Below are positions 16,925-26,223 of a DNA stretch of 64,000 nucleotides, piece after piece. Numbering within the stretch: the stretch's first letter is position 1; each line of letters begins with the position of its first letter. The notes below the pieces were generated by a model, which worked only from the letters and a program-made list of their open reading frames with translations, had not been told where the DNA came from and did no database searches. Made by a program: the position numbers and the translations under genes. The stretch spans positions 12,675-76,674 of the forward strand of contig CAWKFB010000017.1 of NCBI GenBank assembly GCA_963848835.1, in the 5' to 3' direction. The DNA is from Candidatus Aminicenantes bacterium. Its GTDB lineage: Bacteria > Acidobacteriota > Aminicenantia > Aminicenantales > UBA4085.

Positions 16925-19393
16925 ATGACAGAGACGCCTACGACCCGCCGTCATCTTCCCCTGATCCTCCTCCTCTTCTTCGGGAGCGGCGCCGCCGCCC
17001 TCGTCTACGAGGTCGTCTGGTTCCAGATGCTCCAGATGGTCGTCGGCTCGACGGCCGTCTCCCTGGCCGTGGTCCTGGCCACGTACATGGGCGGGATGTG
17101 CATCGGGAGCCTTCTCCTGCCCCGGAAGATCGGGCAGGGGCGGCATCCCCTCCGGGTCTACGCCCTGATCGAGCTCGGCATCGGGATCATCGCCCTGCTC
17201 GTCCTCCTGGCCATGCCCCTCGTCGACACGATCTATGCCGCGATCGGCGGGCCGGGCTTCCTGGGCATCCTGTTCCGCGGCCTCATCTGCGCCCTCTGCC
17301 TGCTGCCCGCCGACCATCCTCATGGGGGGGACCCTGCCCGCGGTGTCGCGCTGGGTCGAATCCACCCCGGCGGGCGTTTCCTGGCTGGGCTTCCTCTACA
17401 GCGGCAATACGGTCGGAGCGGTCGCGGGCTGCGCCCTGGCCGGCTTCTACCTCCTCCGCGTCCATGACGTCCGGACCGCGACGTTCGCCGCCGCGGCCGT
17501 GAACGGGGTCATCGCCCTCGTCGCTTTCCTCCTTTCGAAACGGGCTCCGCACACTCCTCCGGCGGCAAGCGCGGATTCGGCCGCCGTCTCGATCCAGCCC
17601 GCCCCCGGAACGCTTTCCATCCAGGTCACGATCGCCCTGTCCGGCCTGACCGCGCTCGGCGCCGAGGTGGTCTGGACCCGGCTCCTGTCGCTCATGCTCG
17701 GCGGGACCGTCTACACGTTCTCCATCATCCTGGCCGTGTTCCTGTTGGGGCTGGGTCTCGGGAGCGCCTACGGCTCCGCCCTGGGCCGCCGGGTCCGAAG
17801 CCCCCGGCTCGCCCTCGGCTACGCCCAGTTCCTCGTCGCCCTGGGCGTCGCCTGGACGGCCTTCATGATCGCCAAGTCGCTCCCCTACTGGCCGATCAGC
17901 GGCGGCCTGGCCAAGAACGCCTGGGTCCTCTTCCAAGTCGACATGATCCGCTGCCTCTGGGCCGTCCTGCCGCCGGCGTTCGTCTGGGGAGCGAGCTTCC
18001 CGCTCGCCCTGGCCGCGGCCGCGGCACGAGGGCAGGATCCGGGCCGGCTCGTCGGGCGGATCTACGCCGCGAACACGATCGGCTCGATCATCGGCTCGAT
18101 CGGGTTCAGCGTCTTCCTCATCCCCCTGATCGGAACCCAGAACTCCAACCGGATGCTCATCCTCCTTGGCCGCGGCATCCGGTCTGATCGCCCTCGGTCC
18201 GCTCCTGAAGCCCTCGACTCAGGCCCGGCGGGGCGCGGCGGCCCAGGAGCCAGCCGCCGCCGGGAGCGCGCCCGGCGTTCCTTCGCTCGGTTTCGCCGGG
18301 CTCATCGCCGGGGCCCTGATCCTCGTCTTCACCGTGCCCAATATCCCCTGGCAGCTCGTCGCCTGGGGCCGGAACCTCCTCCCCAAGATCGGCTACGGCA
18401 GTCCCCTGTACGTCGGGGAAGGGATGAACTCCTCGGTCGCCGTCATCGAGCTCGCCGACGGGACCCGCAATTTCCACGTCAGCGGCAAGGTCGAGGCCTC
18501 GAGCGATCCGACCGACATGCGGCTCGAGCGGATGCTCGGCCACATCCCGGCCCTGGTCCATCCCGAACCCCCGCTCGGTCCTCATCGTCGGCTGCGGAGC
18601 GGGGATCACGGCCGGGACGTTCGTCCTCTATCCCGGGATCGAGCGGATCGTCATCTGCGAGATCGAGCCGCTCATCCCCAAGGTCGTGGCCCGCTACTTC
18701 GGGCCGCAGAACTACAATGTCCTGGACGATCCGCGGGTCCAGGTCGTCTACGACGACGCCCGGCACTTCATCCTGACGACCAAGGAAAAGTTCGACATCA
18801 TCACCTCCGACCCGATCCACCCCTGGGTCAAGGGCTCGGCGACGCTGTACACGCGGGAGTACTTCGAGCTCGTCAAGAGCCGCCTGAACCCGGGCGGGGT
18901 GATCACCCAATGGGTCCCGCTCTACGAGAGCACGCCCGCCGTGGTCCAGAGCGAGATGGCCACGTTCTTCCAGGTCTTTCCCGAGGGGACGATGTGGGGC
19001 AACGACAACGCAGGGCTCGGCTACGACGTCGTCATGCTCGCCACGGACGGACCGACGGCTATCGATATCGACGCGCTGGAGAACCGGCTCGCCCGGGAGG
19101 ACCACCGCGGCGTCCTGGCCTCGATCAACGAGGTCGGCTTCCGGTCCGCGGTCGCGCTCTTCTCCACGTACGGGGCCCGCAGCCGCGACCTCGCGGCCTG
19201 GTACAAGACCGGCGAGATCAACCTCGACCGGAATCTCCGACTCCAATATCTGGCCGGGTTCGGGCTGAACCTGTACCAGAGCACGGACATCTATGAGGAC
19301 ATCCTGAGCTATCGGAAATACCCCCAGGACATCTTCCGGGTTTCGCCCGAGCGGGAGGAAGTCCTCCTCAAGATGATGGGGATCTCGCGCTGA
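16925..19393 (+). pseudogene. Fused multi-TM / spermidine-synthase-like (polyamine aminopropyltransferase fold) protein; 3 frame changes
   Basis: ORFs 16925.., 17235.., 18166.. and 18686.. continue one another. The N-terminal ~500 aa is polytopic (LILLLFFGSGAAALVYEVVWFQML.., GTLPAVSRW.., YAANTIGSIIGSIGFSVFLIPLIG). The C-terminal part is a SpeE-like methyltransferase fold (..IVICEIEPLIPKVVARYF..VVYDDARHFILTTKEKFDIITSDPIHPW..GGVITQW). Confidence 0.8.
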
Positions 19394-19456
19394 TCCGGCT
19401 CACAGTCCGAACTTGAACCCGATCTTGCATTGGCCTGCCGGGACGTCTTCCCCCAC

Positions 19457-19485
19457 TTGACAAGTGTCACGTGATAGTTTACAAG
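19457..19485 (+). promoter_or_regulatory. Candidate higBA promoter with TCACGTGA palindrome in the spacer
   Basis: TTGACA at 19457-19462 is followed by a 17-nt spacer containing TCACGTGA (19467-19474) and a weak -10 TACAAG. GTG 19492 follows 6 nt later. Confidence 0.35.
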
Positions 19486-19491
19486 TAGGAT

Positions 19492-19773
19492 GTGATCAAG
19501 ACGTTCACGGACGAAGCGACCCGGGAGCTGTACGCGACCGGACGGTCCAAGCGGCTTCCGCCCGATATCGTCCGGCGAGCCATCAGAAAGCTGGAATATA
19601 TCGACCACGCGGCCCGTCTTGATGATTTGAAGGTTCCGCCCGGCAACCGGCTGCATTCGCTCGAAAGCGATCGGGCGGGCTTCCACGCTATATCGATCAA
19701 CGACCAATGGCGGATCTGTTTTCGGTTCGACAAAGGCGACGCTTATGACGTTGAGATAACGGACTATCATTAA
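19492..19773 (+). CDS. higB: HigB-type (RelE/ParE superfamily) toxin
   Basis: 93 aa: (M)IKTFTDEATRELYATGRSKRLPPDIVRRAIRKLEYIDHAARLDDLKVPPGNRLHSLESDRAGFHAISINDQWRICFRF. This is the classic plasmid-maintenance-killer/HigB pattern, with the toxin gene preceding the antitoxin. It uses a GTG start. Confidence 0.9.
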   Translation: MIKTFTDEATRELYATGRSKRLPPDIVRRAIRKLEYIDHAARLDDLKVPPGNRLHSLESDRAGFHAISINDQWRICFRFDKGDAYDVEITDYH

Positions 19774-19780
19774 GAGGACA

Positions 19781-20098
19781 ATGATGAGCATACCAAACAC
19801 CGGCAACCGACGGATTCGTCCGACACACCCGGGTGAAATGCTGCGCGAGGATTTTTTGCCCGATTATGGATTGACCGTCATGGCTCTGGCTCGGACACTC
19901 GGCGTATCGCGTCAGACGATGAACGAGATCCTGCGGGAGCGCCGCGCGGTGAGCCCGGAAATGGCTCTTCGCCTCGCGCGCGTCTTCGGCAATTCGCCCG
20001 AATTCTGGCTGAACGCCCAGCGAGCGATAGATCTATGGGACGCCGGCCGCTCCCTCGGCCAGAAGATCAAGCAAATCAAGCCTTTGTCTGCGGCATAA
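19781..20098 (+). CDS. higA: HigA-type antitoxin (XRE HTH)
   Basis: 105 aa: ..IRPTHPGEMLREDFLPDYGLTVMALARTLGVSRQTMNEILRERRAVSPEMALRLARVFGNSPEFWLNAQ. This is the typical HigA/VapI HTH. Confidence 0.9.
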   Translation: MMSIPNTGNRRIRPTHPGEMLREDFLPDYGLTVMALARTLGVSRQTMNEILRERRAVSPEMALRLARVFGNSPEFWLNAQRAIDLWDAGRSLGQKIKQIKPLSAA

Positions 20099-20248
20099 AT
20101 CAGAGGAAAAGGAACCCCACATCATCCATCGCCGGTGCGCAAGGAAGCCCTCCTCAAAATGATTGGAATCCAACCGTAAGCGGAACTATCGCTCCCCATT
20201 TCCCGTGTTATTACCTTTTTTCTCGAGATGTTTTGTATTTTAAAATCA

Positions 20249-21304
20249 TTAATTCAAGTTCCATTTCACTGAAAATACCTTTATCGAGGGAAGACCTTGC
20301 GCATCATCCTGGATAGTATAAAACCTTTCGTTTTTCCAAAAAAAATCAATGGGTCGGTTTAAACCGATTTTTCCAAAATATTTTCCGTCATCGCCGAATA
20401 CATCCAGGATCAAATTTTCTTTATCATTTTTCCCTTCATGAACTTCGACGAGCAAAATTCCGTGTTCGGCGGCAAAGACTCGATAATATGGCTCATAATA
20501 TTTCGGCAGTGCGTACGGAGATGGCCCATATTTTTCAATTTTCTTCATTTCTTCTTCGCGTATTCTTATCAACTTAGATTCCTTCTTGATTTCTCTGATC
20601 ACGCTCCCTGCCTTGTTGACGATCTGAACGATATAACCCCGATCGGGATTGCCAACGGCTATTTTATCATCACCTAATAACGCCAAGGTCATTGTCGCGG
20701 TAAACGGCGCGGGTTCTTTCCATCGTTTATTCGCTAAAACGGAATAGCGACCGCTTGACGGAGAGAACCGTACCAATTGAAGCACAGGTCCCATATTCTC
20801 CGCCCCGCTGAACATCACCCCGTACAGATCGCCCTCGGAATCGGCGACGGCTTGAGAGAACATGATTTTCGATTTGACGGTCCTTAAATATTTCCCATTT
20901 AAGGAAAAATAAATGATATTGCGTCGCAATCCGCAATTGACGCCGATTTCGTTATTCGTGACGAAAACATCATTGGCTCCGTCAATCTCTCCGGGACCGT
21001 AACCCGACCTTCCGACTTTTCTTACGAATTCGCCGGTGCGATCGAATACGTCAATCTCAACAGCCTTAGAGTCCAACACGTAGATATTGCCCTTATCATC
21101 CGCGGCTATTTTGATCGGTCTTTGAAGTTGGTAACCGTGGCCGGATTCACCGATGGATATTTCTTCCCTCAAGCTCAATACGTCGCCTCGTGTGTTCATC
21201 CCCTCAAGGAACTTCGTTTGAGGGCTTAAGCTATATACGGATATTGCCGAGACTGAGAGGATCATAGTCAATGTCGTACGATAAATCCGTCTACAGAAGC
21301 GCAC
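20249..21304 (-). CDS. Six-bladed beta-propeller protein (GxGPGE type), secreted
   Basis: 351 aa with signal-like TLTMILSVSAISVYS. Blades are GNIYVLDSKAVEIDVFDRTGEFVRKVGRSGYGPGEI. This is the AT-richest gene of the window; spot counts on two 60-nt lines give 35% and 50% GC. Confidence 0.85.
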   Translation of the reverse strand: MRFCRRIYRTTLTMILSVSAISVYSLSPQTKFLEGMNTRGDVLSLREEISIGESGHGYQLQRPIKIAADDKGNIYVLDSKAVEIDVFDRTGEFVRKVGRSGYGPGEIDGANDVFVTNNEIGVNCGLRRNIIYFSLNGKYLRTVKSKIMFSQAVADSEGDLYGVMFSGAENMGPVLQLVRFSPSSGRYSVLANKRWKEPAPFTATMTLALLGDDKIAVGNPDRGYIVQIVNKAGSVIREIKKESKLIRIREEEMKKIEKYGPSPYALPKYYEPYYRVFAAEHGILLVEVHEGKNDKENLILDVFGDDGKYFGKIGLNRPIDFFWKNERFYTIQDDAQGLPSIKVFSVKWNLN

Positions 21305-21469
21305 TCGATAACCTCATGAGAACTTTCGCCAGGCTCGCCGTCCAAGCCTATCAATCAGCAACTTGCGCTCCGGCCGGGGCCAGCGCCGGGCATGCTGGCA
21401 TTATCCGCGAATTTCCATAAAATTAGCAATTGGCGGGCGCCCAGGGACCCTGGAGCCCGGGAGGCCAGC

Positions 21470-21877
21470 ATGGAAAGCATCGATGTCCGGACGAGGAAAC
21501 GCGAAGAGATCGTGGATATCACTCGGGAAATCGCCGCGATCGCGGCGGCTGCGGACATCCGCGAAGGCCTCTGCACGGTCTTCGTCCCCCACACCACGGC
21601 CGGCGTAACCATCAACGAGAACGCCGACCCCGACGTCAAGGCCGACATCCTGATGGCCCTGAGGAACGCCGTCCCGGATTCCCTCCCCTACACCCACGGC
21701 GAAGGGAATTCTCCCGCCCACGTCAAGGCGAGCCTCGTCGGCTCCTCGGTGAGCGTCATCGTCGCCGGCGGGGAGCTTCAGCTGGGGACCTGGCAGGGGA
21801 TCTGCCTATGTGAATTCGACGGCCCGCGGACGCGGAAGGTCTGGATCTCCCTGACGGGGACCGCCCCTACTTCTTGA
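21470..21877 (+). CDS. yjbQ: YjbQ/UPF0047-family protein (secondary thiamine-phosphate synthase-like)
   Basis: Start placed at MESIDVRT (ATG 21470, RBS GGGAGG). Motifs are ..LCTVFVPHTTAGVTINENADPDV..D.., ..HGEGNSPAHVKASLVGSS.. and G.LQLGTWQGI. Confidence 0.85.
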   Translation: MESIDVRTRKREEIVDITREIAAIAAAADIREGLCTVFVPHTTAGVTINENADPDVKADILMALRNAVPDSLPYTHGEGNSPAHVKASLVGSSVSVIVAGGELQLGTWQGICLCEFDGPRTRKVWISLTGTAPTS

Positions 21878-22787
21878 TGCGCGGAGCGGGAGGCGCGGCC
21901 CCGGTCCCGAGCTTCTCGATCCGGCGCGCCCTCATGTCATAAACGTCCCCGGCCGAGAGGACGTAATACGGCTTTTCCCAGGGCTGGTAAAGACGGGTGT
22001 TGTCGTGGACGGCGACCTTCCACTTCCCCATGACCTCGAAGCGGTCTCCTTGGACGATAATGGCCGTGTCCTCGGACAACCCGATCCCGAGGAGATCGGG
22101 CATCTTTTTAATGAGCGGAATGAGGTCGTCCCAGCGGTTGCGCGTGTTGATATGCTGGTCGATGGCCGTCCGGCGGAGGAAACAGAAGGCTTTCTGGTGG
22201 TCGGGCTCGGGGGCCATCATTACGTCCGGGCCCGAGATCGCGCCGCGGACGAGATAGTCGCCCTGGATCGTCGCCCCCGCCGACGATCCGCCGATCACGC
22301 CGCCGCGTTCGAGGACCTTGTGGAACTCGGCATGGGTCCGGGTGCCGGCGTAGGAATCGACGATGTTCCACTGCCGGCCGCCGTCGAACCAGACGGCGTC
22401 GGCCTCCCTGAGGTCCTTGACGAATTCTTGGGTGTCGGCGATCTTTTTGTCGTGCGCATGAAGCATCTTGACGTTCTTGAGCCCCCGGGCGATCCACGGA
22501 GCGATGACCGTCTCTTCCTTGTAGGCTCTCACCTCGCCCATCGCGTCCCTGTTCCCGCCCGCCGTCGGAACGATGATGAACTTCGCTTCGGGCCCGCCGG
22601 CCAAATCGATGAACTTCTTGTAGATGGCGGGGTCCTTGAGCGCCCCGCCGGCGATAACCAGGGCGCCCTGGACCGGGCCGTACTCGGTCGGCCCGGCCGG
22701 AACAGGGGCCTGGGCCGGGGCGGCGAGAGCGAGGGCCAGGCAAGGAACGACGACGGCGAAAGCGACGAAACGGAATCTTCGGGACAT
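21867..22787 (-). CDS. Peptidase S51 / cyanophycinase-like protein, secreted
   Basis: Start placed at MSRRFRFVAFAVVVPCLALALAAPAQA. Motifs are ..KFIIVPTAGGNRD.. and ..AVWFDGGRQWNIVDSY..ERGGVIGGSSAGATIQGDYLV. Confidence 0.75.
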   Translation of the reverse strand: MSRRFRFVAFAVVVPCLALALAAPAQAPVPAGPTEYGPVQGALVIAGGALKDPAIYKKFIDLAGGPEAKFIIVPTAGGNRDAMGEVRAYKEETVIAPWIARGLKNVKMLHAHDKKIADTQEFVKDLREADAVWFDGGRQWNIVDSYAGTRTHAEFHKVLERGGVIGGSSAGATIQGDYLVRGAISGPDVMMAPEPDHQKAFCFLRRTAIDQHINTRNRWDDLIPLIKKMPDLLGIGLSEDTAIIVQGDRFEVMGKWKVAVHDNTRLYQPWEKPYYVLSAGDVYDMRARRIEKLGTGAAPPAPRIKK

Positions 22788-22960
22788 GGACGGCGCCTCC
22801 AATTAAGGATGGGAATCGTAGGTCGGCGGCCATGATACTCTACGAGTCGCACGTCCCGCAAATCCGCGCCGGGAAGCGCCGGCAGAACTTTTCCCGTCCG
22901 GTAAGCGTATCACAAGGAGAGGGCGGACTTCAGCCGACCCGCCGCCCCGAAGGAGCCATT

Positions 22961-23356
22961 ATGCGAAAAAAGATCATCCTCGCCGCTCTCATCTCCGCCG
23001 TCCTGTGCGCTTCGGCCGCCGTTGCCCAAACAGCCCCGCCGGCCCAGGCCCAGAAGCCCGTCGACACGGCCAAGCTCTACACGGAGATCGCCGGCGCATA
23101 CGGCTACAACTTCGACGGCCAGGACATGGTCATCAACTTCTGGGTCGAGGGCGGGAAGCTCTACGGCGCGCCCCAGGGCCAGGAGAACGAGTTCGCCGAG
23201 CTCGTCCTCCGGGACGCCGAGAAGCTCGTCTTCGAGGCGACTCCTCCGGGCGGACAGCTTTTCGTCATCACGTTCATCCGCGGGGAATCCGGAAGGTTCG
23301 AGAAATCGACCCTCCGGACCCAGGAAATCGAGATCGCCGGCGTCAGGATCAAGTAA
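22961..23356 (+). CDS. Small secreted hypothetical protein (131 aa)
   Basis: RBS GAAGGAG is followed by ATG 22961. The signal peptide is MRKKIILAALISAVLCASAAVAQ. I recognised no family. Confidence 0.6.
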   Translation: MRKKIILAALISAVLCASAAVAQTAPPAQAQKPVDTAKLYTEIAGAYGYNFDGQDMVINFWVEGGKLYGAPQGQENEFAELVLRDAEKLVFEATPPGGQLFVITFIRGESGRFEKSTLRTQEIEIAGVRIK

Positions 23357-23362
23357 TCCACC

Positions 23363-23381
23363 GGAACGGGGCGCCCGTTCC
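23363..23381. terminator. Hairpin between convergent genes (possible bidirectional terminator)
   Basis: Sequence is GGAACGGGgcgCCCGTTCC, with an 8-bp stem and 3-nt loop. It lies between stop 23356 (+) and stop 23381 (-). Confidence 0.4.
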
Positions 23382-24434
23382 TACCAGATATCCCCGATCG
23401 TGAATCCTTCGGGGAAAGGATCGTCGTCCTCGAGGACGTAATCGGCGATCCCGGTGATCCAGGCCCGGCCGCTGATCGTCGGCACGACGGCGGCATAAGG
23501 TCCGATCTTCGTCTCCTCGACGAGGCGCCCCTTGAAGACCGTCCCGAGGATTCCCTCGTGGCGGAAATCCTGATTCAAGCCGAGCTTCCCTTTGGCGTGG
23601 AGGGCGGCCATCTTGGCCGACGTTCCGGTCCCGCAGGGCGAGCGGTCGATCGCACCCGTCCAGGTCGCCGGCCGGTCCCAATCGAGCGTCCCCGTCGAGA
23701 CGACGACGGCGTTCTTGGCGTCGGCGTCCGGCCGGGTCGGCGGCCCCGAGACGACGGCGATGGTGATCCCGGCGAACCCCGGCTGCTCCGGATGGACGAC
23801 CGGAAGCTGGGCCTGCGCGGCGGCCTTGACCATCTCGGCGACGCGGACGATCTCCCCTCCCGCCTCGGGCGCGAGCCGGAGGCCGAGCGACGGGCCGTCC
23901 ATGATGACATAGAACATCCCCCCATAAGCCACGTCGACGACGACCCGTCCGAGGTGCGGGACGTCGATGGAGCGGTCGCAATGGACGGCGAACGAAGGCA
24001 CGTTGCGGAAGGTCACGCTCGTGACCCGGCCGCCGGCGCACTCGGCCCGGACGCCGATGAGCCCGGCCGGGAGATTCGAGCGTCAGGTCGGTCACGGGCT
24101 CGCGCATCGGGACCATCCCGGTCTCGAGCAGGACGGTCGCGACGCAGATCGTGTTCGTCCCGGACATCCCCGGGTACTCGGTCTGTTCCATGATGACGTA
24201 TCCCGCGTCGGCTTCAGGCCGCGTCGGGGGGAGGACGAGATTGCAGTTGGCCGCGGGATAGCCGCGGGGCTCCCTGAGCATGAGCTTCCTCAGCCCGTCG
24301 GCGTGGAGCCGGAGGTGCTCCCGCTTCTCGAACATCGTCCGTCCGGGCACGTCCCGGACACCGCCGATGATGACGCGGCCGGGCTCGCCGCAGGCGTGGG
24401 CATCGACCGCCCGGATCATTCTCTCGAATCGCAT
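23381..24434 (-). pseudogene. Proline racemase-superfamily enzyme (hydroxyproline epimerase/dehydratase-like), Ser/Cys active-site pair; one frameshift
   Basis: The N-terminal part is in ORF 23349..24434 (MIRAVDAHACGEPGRVIIGG.., ..EYPGMSGTNTICVATV..). The C-terminal part is in ORF 23381..24016 (..GAIDRSPCGTGTSAKMAAL..). The junction at ~24061-24072 joins ..TLESP to AGLIGVRAECAGGRVTSVTFRN. Confidence 0.85.
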
Positions 24435-24489
24435 GGTCGGACCTCCATCCCGTCGACGAGGGACGCGGTGACGCGCCTGAAAGCGGCGG

Positions 24490-25344
24490 TCACAGCACCC
24501 GGGCGTTGAACGTGTCGCCCTGGTTGATATCCCCGGTCCGGAAGCCCAGGGTGAACCAGCGGACGCGCTGCTCGGACGTGCCGTGGGTGAATGCGTCGGG
24601 GACTATATAGCCCTGCGATTGTTTCTGGATCCGGTCGTCCCCGACCGAGGAGGCGGCGTTGATCCCTTCCTCGATATCGCCCTCCTCGAGGATATTCTTC
24701 ATCCGCTGGGCGTGATGGGCCCATACGCCGGCCAGGAAGTCCGCTTGGAGCTCCATCCGGACCATCAGCTTGTTGAACTCGACCTCGCTCAGACGATGCT
24801 GCTGGGCCATGACCTTCTCGGACACGCCGAGTTGGTTCTGGACATGATGGCCGACCTCGTGGGCGATGACATAGGCCAGGGCGAAATCCCCCGGGGCGCC
24901 GAGCCGGCGCTGCATCTCCTCGAAGAAGTCGAGGTCGAGGTAGACCTTGGCGTCCCCGGGGCAGTAGAACGGGCCGGACGCGGCGCTGGCGAACCCGCAG
25001 CCGGAGGATGTCTGGCCCGAGAACAGGACGAGCTTGGGGGCCTCGTAGGTCCGGCCCGCCTGGCTGAAGATCTCGCCCCAGACATCCTCGGTGTCGGCGA
25101 GGATGACGGAGACGAAATCGCCCATCGTTTTGTCTTTTTCGCTCAGGGGCCGGCCGGCCGCGGCGGACGTCTCGGAGGGACCGGGCTGGAGGTTCTGGAG
25201 AACCTCGTCGGGGTTGCCGCCGAGGAGCATAAACAGAATGGCGATGACCAGACCGCCCAAGCCGCCGCCGATCGCGAGCTGTTTACCGCCGATCCCGCGC
25301 CGGTCTTCGACGTTGTCGCTCTTCCGCATTCCCTGCCATCTCAT
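24490..25344 (-). CDS. ypfJ: YpfJ-family neutral zinc metallopeptidase
   Basis: 284 aa: MRKSDNVEDRRG.., a TM segment, ..GCGFASAASGPFYCPGDAKVYLDLDFF.. and the HExxH site AYVIAHEVGHHVQNQLG. Confidence 0.85.
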   Translation of the reverse strand: MRWQGMRKSDNVEDRRGIGGKQLAIGGGLGGLVIAILFMLLGGNPDEVLQNLQPGPSETSAAAGRPLSEKDKTMGDFVSVILADTEDVWGEIFSQAGRTYEAPKLVLFSGQTSSGCGFASAASGPFYCPGDAKVYLDLDFFEEMQRRLGAPGDFALAYVIAHEVGHHVQNQLGVSEKVMAQQHRLSEVEFNKLMVRMELQADFLAGVWAHHAQRMKNILEEGDIEEGINAASSVGDDRIQKQSQGYIVPDAFTHGTSEQRVRWFTLGFRTGDINQGDTFNARVL

Positions 25345-25359
25345 GACGCTCTTCCTTTC

Positions 25360-25995
25360 CTAGGATTTGACCTTGAGGATGAAGATATTGTCCCGGGGAA
25401 GGAATGTCTCCTCCCGAACGAGCTCGAATCCGGCCTCCGCGGCGTCCCGTTCGATCTCTTCCCGGGAGGTTGATTCCGGCCCGCGGTCGTGGTCGCGGAC
25501 CGGATCGGGATCGAGGACGACGACGGTCGCGCCGGGCTTCAGGCTGGGGACCATGGCTTTGAGCATCTCGACCGGCCGGCCGAGATGGTGGTAAGTCAGG
25601 ACCATAAAGATCATGTCGAGCTTCCCGGCCGGGAAAAGCGGATTATCCGATCGTCCAAGGATGGTTTCGACGTTTTCGAGGCCGTCCGCCTGGCACCGCT
25701 CGCGGATATGGGCCAGACCGCCGGCGTTGATGTCGTTCGCATAGACCTTGCCGGTCGGGCCGACGCGGACGGCCAGGTGGACGGTATAGCGGCCGTGTCC
25801 CGCACCGACTTCTCCGACGATCATCCCCGCCTTGAGACCGATGGCGTCCATGACCTTGTCCGGAGGCTGGCGCTCGTTGGTCCGGGCTTCGCCGGATTCG
25901 ACGGTCTGGGCCGCGGACGAAACGGCGAGGGAGGCGGCAAAAGCGAGCCCGAGGCCGATGCGGCGAAAGCGATGGCAGCGAGTGCTCATATTCAT
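25360..25995 (-). CDS. Class I SAM-dependent methyltransferase with N-terminal signal-like segment
   Basis: Start placed at MNMSTRCHRFRRIGLGLAFAASLAVSSAAQ. The SAM-binding motif is VGEVGAGHGRYTVHLA, followed by ..VYANDIN.. and ..LDMIFMVLTYHHL. Confidence 0.7.
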   Translation of the reverse strand: MNMSTRCHRFRRIGLGLAFAASLAVSSAAQTVESGEARTNERQPPDKVMDAIGLKAGMIVGEVGAGHGRYTVHLAVRVGPTGKVYANDINAGGLAHIRERCQADGLENVETILGRSDNPLFPAGKLDMIFMVLTYHHLGRPVEMLKAMVPSLKPGATVVVLDPDPVRDHDRGPESTSREEIERDAAEAGFELVREETFLPRDNIFILKVKS

Positions 25996-26223
25996 TCTTC
26001 CATCATAAAGCGTCGGGAGCCCGACTTCAACCCCGAAGCCGGATCGGCGCATCCCCGGGGCGGCCTTACCGCGTCCTCCGGACATCTGGACATCCGGCGA
26101 AGGATGTTCTATCATGACGTTTCATATATTCGATCGATATTATCGGAATAAGCCCGGACGGGAACCGGCCCGCACTCTTGATGGGAAAGGACGGGACCCC
26201 TGCGTCCCGGCCGGAGGTCGCCG

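Noticed and set aside
14150-21350. The low-GC segments (14.2-16.9 kb and 20.1-21.3 kb) considered as a prophage or integrative island.
   Set aside because: No integrase, transposase, phage structural genes, tRNA target or flanking direct repeats are visible. Only the higBA pair hints at mobility. This is reported as a compositional observation rather than a mobile element.
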